The position numbers were made by a program, and so were the translations under genes. DNA of 64,000 nt. It comes from Alphaproteobacteria bacterium. Lineage in GTDB: Bacteria > Pseudomonadota > Alphaproteobacteria > UBA828. The stretch covers positions 192,001 to 256,000 of the forward strand of contig CBDCRW010000006.1 in assembly GCA_965221125.1 (NCBI GenBank), written 5' to 3'. Below, piece by piece: positions 28,867 to 38,818 of this stretch. The notes under the pieces were generated by a model. That model saw only the letters and a program-made list of their open reading frames with translations. It ran no database searches and had not been told where the DNA came from. Within the stretch, counting starts at the first letter, position 1. Each line of letters opens with the position of its first letter.

Positions 28867-29126
28867 CTCTTCAGGTGTGCTGGCGACCTGCGCCTCGGTC
28901 ACGATCTTGCCCTTCTCGCCGACCACGCAGATGGTCGTGCTTGCCAGCGATACATCCAGCCCGATATGGACAGCCATGTCGTTGCCCTTTCCTCTCGAAG
29001 GATTGGCGCGCCTTCCGGCAAGACCCCGTGAGCACGCTGAGCGTGCAAGGGCAACGACACCCGATTCGCCGTCATCGGGACAGGCTCCGATGGCGCCAAT
29101 TGGCGCCGAGCCCCATTACGGCATCT
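28867..29126 (-). mobile_element. IS110-family remnant (first ~37 codons plus upstream non-coding end)
   Basis: MAVHIGLDVSLASTTICVVGEKGKIVTEAQVASTPEE from ATG 28977 is a classic DEDD transposase N-terminus. The frame then loses similarity. Confidence 0.75.
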
Positions 29127-29349
29127 GAATATAGTAACCCTGCTTTGAGGGGTGTAGGTCTGGCATGGCGATCGTAGCTCACTGTTTAGTGGGATTGAGG
29201 GTTGGCTGCAGACAGCCAAAACCGGGCTTTCGTTGTTGTCCTCGGAAGTGCAAACGACATCTTGACCCTCCAGAATCGTACGCGTTCAATGGATTACTTG
29301 AAATGCCGAGCAGTTCCCCACAAGCCGACAGGATCAGCGGGAGGTTGAG

Positions 29350-30306
29350 ATGCCCCGACAGCGACATCATTTCCAAAAAGGTTCCGTGATCAAGAAACAG
29401 TACAAAATATTGCGCAAAGTTGGCTCCGGCGGTTTTGGCGTCGTCTACCAAGCCCGCGATATGAGGTTGCGCCGTGACGTCGCCATCAAGGCGTTAACCC
29501 ACCACGACGACGTCTCGAAAGAGCGATTTGGACAAGAAGCGCGCAAGTTGGCGCGGATCAAAAACCAATACGTGGTTTCAGTATACAATCGTGGAAAGCA
29601 CAAAGATGTACCCTACTTTGTAATGGAATTTGTTCGGTACTCTCTAGCCGATCTACTGGAATGCGACTATCGCGATAGTCCGGTGGAATCTGAACTTGCA
29701 ATTAGGATACTCAGGCAGACGCTTGAAGGGTTGACAAAAGTCCATGATCAGGGCTGGACCCATCGTGACATCAAACCCGAGAACATCCTCCTCACAGACG
29801 ACGACGAAGTCAGATTGGCAGACTTCGGCTTGATAAAGGATACTGATGTGTCCCTAACTGAGAAGGGCGCGATCATGGGCACACTGAAATGGATGGCCCC
29901 CGAACAGCGAAAAGGCCTCGAGGTCTCTGAGCGCACAGACATATATGCCTTCGGACTCGTTGCTTTCCGGACGATCTCCGGGGAACACTACCCTTGCAGC
30001 AGTTCCGAGTTGTCCCTGTTCACTGATAGGCGAACTGCTCGGTTAGTTTCGAGTTGTTTGGAGGAACGGCCTTCTGACCGCCCCGAGGACGCGCAAGCCG
30101 TACTGCAGGATTGGAATGAGATCCAAGGGAAAATTCGGCAGCGACCACGGATTCGTGGGGACGCCTTGGTCGGAAATGTCAGGTCTAGAGTCGAACGCGA
30201 GTATGGCCTTCCGGAGGGTTCGGTAAAGTTGGTCTATCCGAGCTCCACGCGAGCGGTTCGTGCCAATGTCAAGGTCTCGAGAGTCCGCGAAAAGTGGGAG
30301 GCGTGA
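29350..30306 (+). CDS. Hanks-type Ser/Thr protein kinase with a small C-terminal domain
   Basis: GSGGFGVV, VAIK, HRDIKPEN, DFG, GTLKWMAPE, DIYAFG. No transmembrane segment. Confidence 0.93.
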   Translation: MPRQRHHFQKGSVIKKQYKILRKVGSGGFGVVYQARDMRLRRDVAIKALTHHDDVSKERFGQEARKLARIKNQYVVSVYNRGKHKDVPYFVMEFVRYSLADLLECDYRDSPVESELAIRILRQTLEGLTKVHDQGWTHRDIKPENILLTDDDEVRLADFGLIKDTDVSLTEKGAIMGTLKWMAPEQRKGLEVSERTDIYAFGLVAFRTISGEHYPCSSSELSLFTDRRTARLVSSCLEERPSDRPEDAQAVLQDWNEIQGKIRQRPRIRGDALVGNVRSRVEREYGLPEGSVKLVYPSSTRAVRANVKVSRVREKWEA

Positions 30307-30562
30307 TGGGGCCGGGTAGGAGGGGTCGTTGCCGAGCCTCTCCCCCCACAGATCCGGACGTGCCCACACTAGGGCATCCGGTTCCTCGCATGGCAGGTTC
30401 GCTCAAGCCTGTTCGGCCATCGGGCCTCTCTTCCCCGTCTTCGGCGAGTGCGCAGGCGATCACGAAGGGGGAGTTGTTCATGCCTGCCGAGAGGGCCCGC
30501 TCGGTGATCTCCGCCCATTCGGCCGGGCTGCAATAGAAGCTGCGGCGCCGGGCGCGGATCAT
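30269..30562 (-). CDS. Ribbon-helix-helix/MobC-like protein (possibly truncated)
   Basis: RRSFYCSPAEWAEITERALSAGMNNSPFVIACAL fits an RHH pattern. Coupled to the upstream gene. Confidence 0.55.
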   Translation of the reverse strand: MIRARRRSFYCSPAEWAEITERALSAGMNNSPFVIACALAEDGEERPDGRTGLSEPAMRGTGCPSVGTSGSVGGEARQRPLLPGPITPPTFRGLSRP

Positions 30563-30921
30563 GACGGGGCATCGCCGGCGACCGGCCGCTCTGCGCGCAG
30601 TCTCAGGCCGACCCTGCGGGCTGCGGCCTCCCAGCCTTCCTCTTCGCCGCGCTCGGCGAGGCGTTGCCGCTCGACCTCGGCGAGCACCAGCACTGCGGTC
30701 TCGATGCGCTCCAGCCTAGCGAACACGGCCTCCGGGGCGAGACCCGGCGGCGGCGACCGCTCGGGTCCCGCCGCACGCTGGCAGATGAAGCGCGACATGG
30801 GCATGCCGGCGGCGGCCTCGGCGCGTTCGTTGATGCGCTGCCACTCGGTGTCGGTGGCGGTCACGGTTCGCGGGTACCGTCTGTGGTCCTGTGCGCCTTC
30901 CATAGCGTGTTCCGGTACCAC
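30559..30921 (-). CDS. Ribbon-helix-helix/MobC-like protein
   Basis: RTVTATDTEWQRINERAEAAAGMPMSRFICQRA fits an RHH pattern. Confidence 0.6.
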   Translation of the reverse strand: MVPEHAMEGAQDHRRYPRTVTATDTEWQRINERAEAAAGMPMSRFICQRAAGPERSPPPGLAPEAVFARLERIETAVLVLAEVERQRLAERGEEEGWEAAARRVGLRLRAERPVAGDAPS

Positions 30922-31281
30922 TTCCCCAGATGCAACTATCGAACTCTATCAAGCGCCCCTCCGACCATGAATAAATCCCCAAAATGTGTCTTGCGATGCT
31001 ACCCAACCCCCTGTATATTCTCCCCAATCACAGGAGGAAAACAACCGTACGCAAGAGCGTATGCAACGCTTAGGTCACGTCTCGTGTTTCCACACCCCAC
31101 GCATCGGTGATGCGTCCGAAACCCGGCGGCCCGTGTCTATTGATGCGAAATAACTCTATGCTTTACAAAGGGTTACGCTCTACAGAGACAACTCCCTTCG
31201 ACTCCATCTTACCCTTCATCCGTCCCCTGCTCAGGACACGACGCCAATACACTTCGAAGTCGAGTGCATCAACTGTTCCCG

Positions 31282-32727
31282 CTATTGGCCACCCTCCAAA
31301 TCCTCAATCACTTTCCTCAAGGCCTCCAGCGACTCCTCAGTCGGTAGTTCCGCCTTTCGCCCTTCCTTCACCAATTCGGCTGGCATCACATCCAAGTTGA
31401 TCCGAACAATCAATCCAACATTGTTCTTGTCAGCATCACTTTCCTCGATGTCTTCCCAGTCTTCCTCTAGAAAGGCCTCATAGCTCCCATCCGCGTCCAA
31501 ATGTGCTCCAATCTTCCTGGCAAGGTCCCTCGGCAGATAGCCGATCCTGTGTTCCTTGCAAGAGACCGCTACGGAAATCGACTCCTTCTCGTCCGAGGGT
31601 TCCGTCACCAGAGCTATTGGATCATCCATGCCGCAGCCATCAAGGTTATCGAGGTAGTGAGACGCCCCGTCCACATATGTCACCACTTCGGCAAAGGGAA
31701 CATCCGCATCCTCGTAAATGTCGACTTCATATTCTTGTTCATGTTCGTCATCTTCGAATGTGCTTCCCTGCCCCAGCTCAAATATAATCCCCGCCTCCAC
31801 CCTCCTTTTTTTCTTCTTAGCGCTACGAGAAGGTGACTTTGCACTAGACATTATTTCCGATTCTCCTATACCTAAAAGTTCGTAAAAATCAGACTCCGAA
31901 AGAATGGCTATTCCAACCCCTTTGCCGATCAGTGCTTCAATTTTGCGATGATTCGAACTCTTTTCATATCCTTTTAATTTACTTTCATCTTGTGCCCCTA
32001 CAACTAGTATTGTGACCTTCTTGGAGGCACTACCCACTACATTGCATCCGGCCTGTGCCGCACGGGCGCTAGCTTCTCTTCGAGGAATACTTAGTTCACC
32101 GGTGAACAAAATTGTTTCGCCGTACAGTGATCCATCCGGATTAGCTTCTGGGCGAGATACAGCGGCAGTGTCCGATGGCGGAAAGATCGGTCGATCAACC
32201 AGATGCAGCCAATCTGCAATTCCAGTGTCGGTAGCTGCGCAGGCCCTTAATACAACTTCAGCGGCGGCCCTTGCATCTTCCAATGCATCGTGGTGATTAA
32301 AGACAATTCCAAGGTCTGTAGAAACATTCTTGAGCCCCCAACCACTCTTCCCGTATTGTTCGGGCCATGCACGACGAACAATTCTTGCACTATCGAGCCA
32401 AGTAACACGAAGGGGGTCAAGATCATGCTCCCTCAATGCGCGTTCGACGGAGACGCGATCAAATGAAGTGTGGCTTATCAGAATGGATTCGTTTAGACGG
32501 TCCAATTCTCCCCTGATGTCGGAAAAGGATGGGCTATTCTTCACATCGCTCTCATTGATTCCGTGTATTGAAACGTTAAGGGGATCGAACCAGGCGCTCG
32601 GGTTGACTAGCGACTGCCAATGATCTGTGATCATTCCGTCTCGGACGTGGACGATTCCAATTTGACAAATGCTTGTACGGTTAACGTTCGCCGTCTCGAC
32701 GTCTATCGCATTGAAAGTTAGCGTCAT
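31282..32727 (-). CDS. DEDDh 3'-5' exonuclease-BRCT-HIRAN fusion
   Basis: AIDVETAN...SFDR...HHDALEDA (ExoI-III); ILFTGEL...SKKVTILVVG (BRCT); LVTEP...RIGYLPRDLA (HIRAN-like). Confidence 0.85.
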   Translation of the reverse strand: MTLTFNAIDVETANVNRTSICQIGIVHVRDGMITDHWQSLVNPSAWFDPLNVSIHGINESDVKNSPSFSDIRGELDRLNESILISHTSFDRVSVERALREHDLDPLRVTWLDSARIVRRAWPEQYGKSGWGLKNVSTDLGIVFNHHDALEDARAAAEVVLRACAATDTGIADWLHLVDRPIFPPSDTAAVSRPEANPDGSLYGETILFTGELSIPRREASARAAQAGCNVVGSASKKVTILVVGAQDESKLKGYEKSSNHRKIEALIGKGVGIAILSESDFYELLGIGESEIMSSAKSPSRSAKKKKRRVEAGIIFELGQGSTFEDDEHEQEYEVDIYEDADVPFAEVVTYVDGASHYLDNLDGCGMDDPIALVTEPSDEKESISVAVSCKEHRIGYLPRDLARKIGAHLDADGSYEAFLEEDWEDIEESDADKNNVGLIVRINLDVMPAELVKEGRKAELPTEESLEALRKVIEDLEGGQ

Positions 32728-32809
32728 GTCGTTAGCGTCTCCAATACAGGCTCTCTAATCGCTATTTCGACGGAGCCGAAGTTGATGCTATCTCAAGCTC
32801 GGTTCGCCA

Positions 32810-33276
32810 GCGAGCCGTCTCTCCAGTGCGACCGCTACCCGTTCAGCAGCCTAGCTCAGTGTGGCGTCGTCGAGATGAACGTAGCGATTGGTCGTACTGG
32901 CCCGACGGTGCCCAAGCAAGCGTCCTGCGACATGCAGGCTTTCGCCGTTCATGACCGCGTGCGAGGCGTGCACATGGCGCAGGTCATGAAGGCGCGCGTC
33001 CGCTACGATTCCGGCGGCGTCGCGCGCTTTGGTCCAGAATCTCCAAAGGTAATCCGTACTCAGCGGCTCGTCTCCCTTCTCGCCCGGAAACACCCACTCC
33101 CCGAACGCCGTTCTGGCAAGTCCATGCAGCAGCTCCCGCGCGGCTTCGCCAAGCAGAACGTGCCTCGGTCCCGTCTTCGCGTCAATCAGGGCCACGCGGT
33201 CGGGCTTGACCTCGCACCAGCGCAGACAGCGTATCTCCCCTGGCCTGCATCCCGTCCCCGTGTTCGCCGCAAACAT
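32810..33276 (-). pseudogene. Tyrosine recombinase remnant
   Basis: TGCRPGEI, AKTG, RLHDLRH, LLGH...TNRYVHL. No N-terminus, and a premature TAG at 32851-32853 precedes AAERVA. Confidence 0.85.
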
Positions 33277-33552
33277 ATGCGCGATATCAGTGGGTTCGGT
33301 GTCGCCCCGCCCGACATGGAACCCGTTCCGCCCCGCTGGAAATAGTCTTGCTCCTGCGGAACTACCAATCTGGTAGCGCCCAGGGGAGCACTCCGCTATG
33401 ACAGCGACCAGTCCGGTAGCTTGTCTGGAGGCACCGTTCGGTCACCGCTTCGGTCTGCGAGCCGGGCGATCGGTGCCGGCGCAGCCCGAGGGATTTGGCA
33501 AGATCGGAACGGAAGCTCTCGCGAATCCGCACGGAAAGGTGGCCGAAATCGC

Positions 33553-33843
33553 ATGGCACAGTCACAGCAGAAGAACATCCGGGTCACCGCCGAACAGTGG
33601 ACTCACATCGAGGAGGCGGCCAGAGAGCGGCAGGTCTCGCCCAATCAGCTCGTCGTCGAACTCGCCATCGAGGCCCTAGACCGCCGCGAATGGCCCAGCA
33701 CCGAGGCCGAGATCAAGGTGGCCAGGGCCTCGCTGTTCGCGGCCCAGGCCCTCGCCCGCGACCTGATCGCCGCGGGCCGCGAGCAGGAAGTCCAGGAGAT
33801 CCGTGAATTCATCTCCACGATCGTGCCGAGTCTGAACAACTGA
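33553..33843 (+). CDS. Small RHH/CopG-like DNA-binding protein
   Basis: KNIRVTAEQWTHIEEAARERQVSPNQLVVELAIEAL. ATG 33553 follows GAAAGGT, directly upstream of Gabija. Confidence 0.6.
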   Translation: MAQSQQKNIRVTAEQWTHIEEAARERQVSPNQLVVELAIEALDRREWPSTEAEIKVARASLFAAQALARDLIAAGREQEVQEIREFISTIVPSLNN

Positions 33844-33858
33844 CATCAAAGGCCGAAG

Positions 33859-35910
33859 ATGCACATCCACAAAGTGACTGTCAGAAACTTCCGGCTCTTG
33901 GCCGATGCCGAGTTGGTGCTCGAAGATCAGACCACGCTGATCGTGGGTCGCAACAACAGCGGCAAGACGTCCCTTTCAGAAGTCATCCGTCGGTTTCTCG
34001 TGGACCAGAACCCGAGATTTAGGATCGAAGATTTCTCGAACGCCTCATATGAGGGGTTCTGCGACGCGCTCGCCGCCAGGAACGCGGGACAGCAAGACGA
34101 TGAGGTACGTGCTCTGATTCCGAGCATCGAGCTGCGACTCCTGTTCCGATACGACCCCGTCCAGCCCAATCTCGGCCCTCTCAGCGACTTCGTTATCGAC
34201 CTCGACCCCGACTGCAACGATGCGCTCGTTGTCGCCCGCTACGAATTGGGCGATGGCGCGATCGAGCCGCTGTTTGCCGACCAGCCGGCTGGAGACCTGT
34301 CCGAGGAAGACCGTGTGGCCTTCTTCCAGGAGCTCCGCGAACGCGTGCCCTCTCTCTTCGTTGACAGCATATGGGCCGAAGACCCCAACGATCCCACGAA
34401 CCGGAGGAAGATGACTGTGAGCGCGCTCCGCTCCCTCCTCAAGACCGGTTTCGTGAACGCTCAACGAGGCCTCGATGACGACACCTCGAGAGAAACCGAC
34501 GTACTGGCCAAAATCCTGGAAAGTCTCTTCACTGCGGCCAAGTCACCAACTGCCGATCCTGGAGAGCAGGCCGTCGCCGAAGCCCTCCAGGAAGCCGTAC
34601 GCGATATTCAGGACAGGATCCAAGGCGGCTTCAAGCAGGAACTGCGTAGACTGATGCCGACATTACGAACCTTCGGCTATCCCGGCCTCGATGGTTCCGA
34701 GTTAGAAACGGAGACGACACTCGACGTCGAGCGCCTTCTCTCACGTCACACCAAGGTGAGATACGAAGGCCATCACGGAATCCTTTTGCCTGAGTCCTAT
34801 ACCGGACTCGGAATACGCAACCTCATCTTCATTCTGCTTCAGATCGTCAGCTTCTATCGCACCTTCCGCGCCGATGCCGTCGCCCCCGGTGTCCACCTCG
34901 TGTTCATCGAGGAGCCCGAGGCTCACCTTCATCCACAGATGCAGGAAGTGTTCATCCGCCAAGTGTCGAAAATCGCCCAGCAGCTCAGCGCCCAGGAGGG
35001 CGCCCCCATGACTTGGCCGGTCCAGTTCATCGTCTCGACGCATTCATCCCACATCGCCAACGCCGCCGGCTTCGAGGCGATCCGATATTTCCTCCCGGCC
35101 TCCGTGGGCGGAGTCCGCCGCACCAAGATCAAGGATCTTCGCGAAGGCCTGCGCGAAACCCCGGACGATCACAGGAGGTTTCTCCACCAGTACCTGACCC
35201 TCACACGCTGCGACCTGTTCTTCGCCGACAAGGCCGTATTGATCGAAGGCACGAGCGAACGTCTCCTGCTGCCTGTGATCATCGAAAAGCTTGAGGAGGC
35301 CGAGCCCGACGCACCCAAGCTGTCCAGCCAGTACATTACGACGATGGAGGTCGGCGGCGCCTATGCACATATTTTCTTCGCCCTTCTCGATTTCCTGGAA
35401 CTGCGCACCCTCATCATCACGGACCTCGACTCTGTCGCCGCCAACGCGGCCGCTTGTCCGGTGCATCGGGGCACCGCCACAAGCAACGCCTGTCTCAACA
35501 CTTGGTTTCGTGGCGACGATTGCACGCCCGCAGCCCTTCTCGCGAAGGACGACGACTCTAAGGTGCAGAATCTCCGGCGTATTGCCTTTCAACAGCCCGA
35601 ATCCGAGGACGGTCCCTGCGGCCGCACATTCGAGGACGCGTTCATGCTGGCAAATGCAGCGACGTTCGGCATCGAAGGCGCTACGCCCGACGAAGAGGCC
35701 CAATGTGCATGGGAGAAGCTCACCAAGATCAAAAAGTCCCAGTTTGCCCTCAAATACGCAATCGACGAGACCGGCTGGTCCGCGCCCCGCTACATCCTCG
35801 ACGGATTGAGATGGCTGGCGCCCGGCGGCGTCCCGGATACCGACGTGCCCGCTCTCCAAGCCGCCGTCGTCGTCGATGCCCCCGAAGCAGCGGTTGATAA
35901 CAATGGTTGA
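33859..35910 (+). CDS. gajA: OLD-family ATP-dependent endonuclease (Gabija GajA)
   Basis: GRNNSGKT, FIEEPEAHLHP, VSTHS (ABC ATPase); LIEGTSE and ITDLD (TOPRIM). Followed by a UvrD helicase. Confidence 0.9.
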   Translation: MHIHKVTVRNFRLLADAELVLEDQTTLIVGRNNSGKTSLSEVIRRFLVDQNPRFRIEDFSNASYEGFCDALAARNAGQQDDEVRALIPSIELRLLFRYDPVQPNLGPLSDFVIDLDPDCNDALVVARYELGDGAIEPLFADQPAGDLSEEDRVAFFQELRERVPSLFVDSIWAEDPNDPTNRRKMTVSALRSLLKTGFVNAQRGLDDDTSRETDVLAKILESLFTAAKSPTADPGEQAVAEALQEAVRDIQDRIQGGFKQELRRLMPTLRTFGYPGLDGSELETETTLDVERLLSRHTKVRYEGHHGILLPESYTGLGIRNLIFILLQIVSFYRTFRADAVAPGVHLVFIEEPEAHLHPQMQEVFIRQVSKIAQQLSAQEGAPMTWPVQFIVSTHSSHIANAAGFEAIRYFLPASVGGVRRTKIKDLREGLRETPDDHRRFLHQYLTLTRCDLFFADKAVLIEGTSERLLLPVIIEKLEEAEPDAPKLSSQYITTMEVGGAYAHIFFALLDFLELRTLIITDLDSVAANAAACPVHRGTATSNACLNTWFRGDDCTPAALLAKDDDSKVQNLRRIAFQQPESEDGPCGRTFEDAFMLANAATFGIEGATPDEEAQCAWEKLTKIKKSQFALKYAIDETGWSAPRYILDGLRWLAPGGVPDTDVPALQAAVVVDAPEAAVDNNG

Positions 35911-37648
35911 AGTTGTCGAACAGTTGAATCCGGCCGAGCAAGCCAGTCAAAGAGCGCTCGTCGCTGTGTACCGCTGCCTGGAGCGCAAGGAGAGCTTCCT
36001 CGTCCAGGCCGGCGCCGGTGCCGGAAAGACCTACACGCTTGTCAAGGCTCTTCAATTCCTTATCGACCGCCACAAGCACACCATGTCGCAACGCCATCAG
36101 AAAATCGCCTGCATCACCTTCACCAACGTGGCGAAGGACGAAATCGACGCCCGGACCGATCGCAGCCCACTCATCTATTGCAATACCATCCATGCGTTCT
36201 GCTGGTCGCTTATCAGCGGATTCCAAAAACAACTCCGGGAACGACTGCCGCAGCTCCGGCATTGGCCCGAAAGGATCGAGGACGCCGGCGACCTCGGAGA
36301 GCGACCCGTCGAGTACGAGCTTGGTTACAGAGGCCTCAACGACCGTCGGGTCTCAATCCATCACGACGATGTCCTAATCCTGACTATCTCTCTCATGGAC
36401 AACGCCAAGTTCAGACGCATTCTGATGGACAAGTATCCGATCATATTGATCGACGAGTATCAGGACACCAACGCCGACTGGATCAATTCAATCAAGAACC
36501 ACTTCCTCGGACAGGAGAACTCGCCGCAATTCGGTTTCTTCGGCGACCATTGGCAAAAGATCTACGGTGATGGATGCGGACAGATCGAACATCCCAGCCT
36601 GGCGGTCGTCGACAAACAGGCGAACTTCCGGTCGGTTCCGACTGTCGTCGAATCCCTGAACCTCATGAGGCCCGAGCTGCCCCAGTTCGTCGTAGACCCG
36701 AACGACCGAGGGAGCGTTCGCATCTTTCACACGAACACCTGGGCAGGTGACCGTCAGACCGGCGGTCACTGGGGCGGCGATCTTCCTTCCGAGACTGCCG
36801 ACCGCGCGCTTCAGTCCGTACTCGATCGCCTTGCCGAGGACGGTTGGGATTTGTCTACCGAGACCACTAAAATTCTAATGCTCACGCACCGCGTTCTCGC
36901 AGGCCGACAGGGTTATCCCAGCATTCCCGCCGCTTTTAAGTTCAACGAATCCTTCACGAACAAGGAGCATCCGCACATTGCCTATTTCGCCGACGCCCTC
37001 GAACCGGCCTGCAAGGCATACCTCTCACGCAAGTACGGTGAGATGTTCCACGCGCTCGGTTCCAACGTACCGGCGATTCGTGCTCACGACGACAAGAGGA
37101 AATGGTCTGAAGCCATGGACCGCCTCATCGAGCTGAGAGACGGTGGGACGGTCGGAGACGTAATGGATCATTTGCTTGCGGCACGCCGGCCGAGAGTTCC
37201 CGATGCCGTGGAGCGGCGCGAACGCGAACTGAGGGAGTTCGATCCAGAAACCAATGAGGAAGTGCCCCGGGCGCTGATAGAGCTCGGCAACCTCCGTGCC
37301 GTTCCTTACCAGGAGATTGTCGCCCTCTGCCGCTATCTCTCAGGTCACTCACCTTTCGAGACAAAGCACGGCGTCAAAGGGGCCGAATTCGAGAACGTGC
37401 TCGTTGTCGTCGGCAGAGGCTGGAATCAATACAACTTCAACCAGATGCTCGAACTGGCAGGCGGCGATGGCCAAATCCCCGCCAACAGGCAAGCCGCCTT
37501 TGAGCGCAATCGGAACCTCTTTTACGTCACCTGTTCGAGGGCAAGGAGGCGTTTGGCCGTTCTCTTCACCCAAGAGCTTTCCGATGCCGCCATGCAGACG
37601 GTCACCACTTGGTTTGGCAACGACACCATCGAACCTGTGAACCTCTAA
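35903..37648 (+). CDS. gajB: UvrD-like helicase (Gabija GajB)
   Basis: AGAGAGKT, LIDEYQDT, FGDHWQKIY, NFRS, TKHGVKGAEF, FYVTCSRAR. Overlaps the end of gajA. Confidence 0.9.
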   Translation: MVEVVEQLNPAEQASQRALVAVYRCLERKESFLVQAGAGAGKTYTLVKALQFLIDRHKHTMSQRHQKIACITFTNVAKDEIDARTDRSPLIYCNTIHAFCWSLISGFQKQLRERLPQLRHWPERIEDAGDLGERPVEYELGYRGLNDRRVSIHHDDVLILTISLMDNAKFRRILMDKYPIILIDEYQDTNADWINSIKNHFLGQENSPQFGFFGDHWQKIYGDGCGQIEHPSLAVVDKQANFRSVPTVVESLNLMRPELPQFVVDPNDRGSVRIFHTNTWAGDRQTGGHWGGDLPSETADRALQSVLDRLAEDGWDLSTETTKILMLTHRVLAGRQGYPSIPAAFKFNESFTNKEHPHIAYFADALEPACKAYLSRKYGEMFHALGSNVPAIRAHDDKRKWSEAMDRLIELRDGGTVGDVMDHLLAARRPRVPDAVERRERELREFDPETNEEVPRALIELGNLRAVPYQEIVALCRYLSGHSPFETKHGVKGAEFENVLVVVGRGWNQYNFNQMLELAGGDGQIPANRQAAFERNRNLFYVTCSRARRRLAVLFTQELSDAAMQTVTTWFGNDTIEPVNL

Positions 37649-37711
37649 TTCGATACTTCGCGGAACCTGGACAATCGCTGTGTGGAAGCGGGTTGACTTC
37701 CGGCGACATAC

Positions 37712-38818
37712 TCATGCTCTCTCCATATTCACGCTCTTCAGATCGAACAGAGCCGACCCATCGGCCGAAACGATTCCGTTGTGCGACAACCATCCCGCTT
37801 GCCCGCTCTCCGCTGTATTGGACGCTCCCCTCGCCAAGCCGAATATCATCGCGGGCTCGCCGGCTCCCGCCGCGCCTTCCCCGATGACTCGAGCTTCGTT
37901 CAAGTCGTCTTCGTCGCCAATCGCGCGGATCCCGAGCCGCGTTACGACCGCCGCTTGGTAGTACCCGTCGTGCGGTTCCCGAGAAGGCCGCTCAAACGGG
38001 CCAAACCGACTGTCCCGCATTACGTCGGTCTTCAACGACGGCACTTCGCCCTCGGAGCCTCCGGTGCGTATCCGCACAACGAACTCCGGGTCACCCAGCC
38101 CCCGGGCGATTGCCCCGACGCGATGCCTGCGTATGGCGGCGGCATGGCGCGACGCATCCTCCTCACTCAGCGATTCGCCATCCCCCGGCGGGTCCCACAA
38201 CAGCGACACTGGCTGTCCCCCACGCTCGTCCGTCGACCAGCGGTTCACCGCAACCCAATTGCGCGTCGCGATCTTTCTGTTCCCCGTATCCCTGACTTCG
38301 ACCCGTGCAAATTGCGCCTTTCCCGCATTGATGCAGCTTGGCCGCTCGGTCAGATAACCTCGCAGATTACCGCTCAACCGGCCTTTCGCTTCGCAAAGCA
38401 CATATCCTGGACCGCGCGGATCCCAGGCAATCCAGTCTGGAATGTCGCCCGTCGCGACACGGCGCACCGTTACGCCTCGGTCAATTCTCGTGCAGTTCGT
38501 CTCGAGCGAAATGAAGTCGGTGATGCCGAGCTCGTCCGCCAGCAGGGCGCACGCGAAATACCGGCCGTACAAACCGGAATACGCCCGCCTGACTTCACTG
38601 CTCGACCCGAGGTCGTCGCGCCAACGCAGCATATCCGGCACATGATCGCTGAGATGCGCCTGAAACAACCGCAACCACGCCGATGCGAACGGACTGCCCT
38701 GAATCGTCTCTTCGGCGGCGCAGAGAGCTGCTCGATACAGACTGATCGGCCAGTCTCCAGACACGTCGGAATTGCCGTCTTGATCGACCTTGCGAAGATA
38801 CGTCCACCTGTGAGGCAT
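37712..38818 (-). CDS. Hypothetical protein with a PD-(D/E)XK nuclease motif
   Basis: GLYGRYF...IPDWIAWD...YVLCEAKG...GKAQF. ATG at 38818. Confidence 0.65.
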   Translation of the reverse strand: MPHRWTYLRKVDQDGNSDVSGDWPISLYRAALCAAEETIQGSPFASAWLRLFQAHLSDHVPDMLRWRDDLGSSSEVRRAYSGLYGRYFACALLADELGITDFISLETNCTRIDRGVTVRRVATGDIPDWIAWDPRGPGYVLCEAKGRLSGNLRGYLTERPSCINAGKAQFARVEVRDTGNRKIATRNWVAVNRWSTDERGGQPVSLLWDPPGDGESLSEEDASRHAAAIRRHRVGAIARGLGDPEFVVRIRTGGSEGEVPSLKTDVMRDSRFGPFERPSREPHDGYYQAAVVTRLGIRAIGDEDDLNEARVIGEGAAGAGEPAMIFGLARGASNTAESGQAGWLSHNGIVSADGSALFDLKSVNMERA

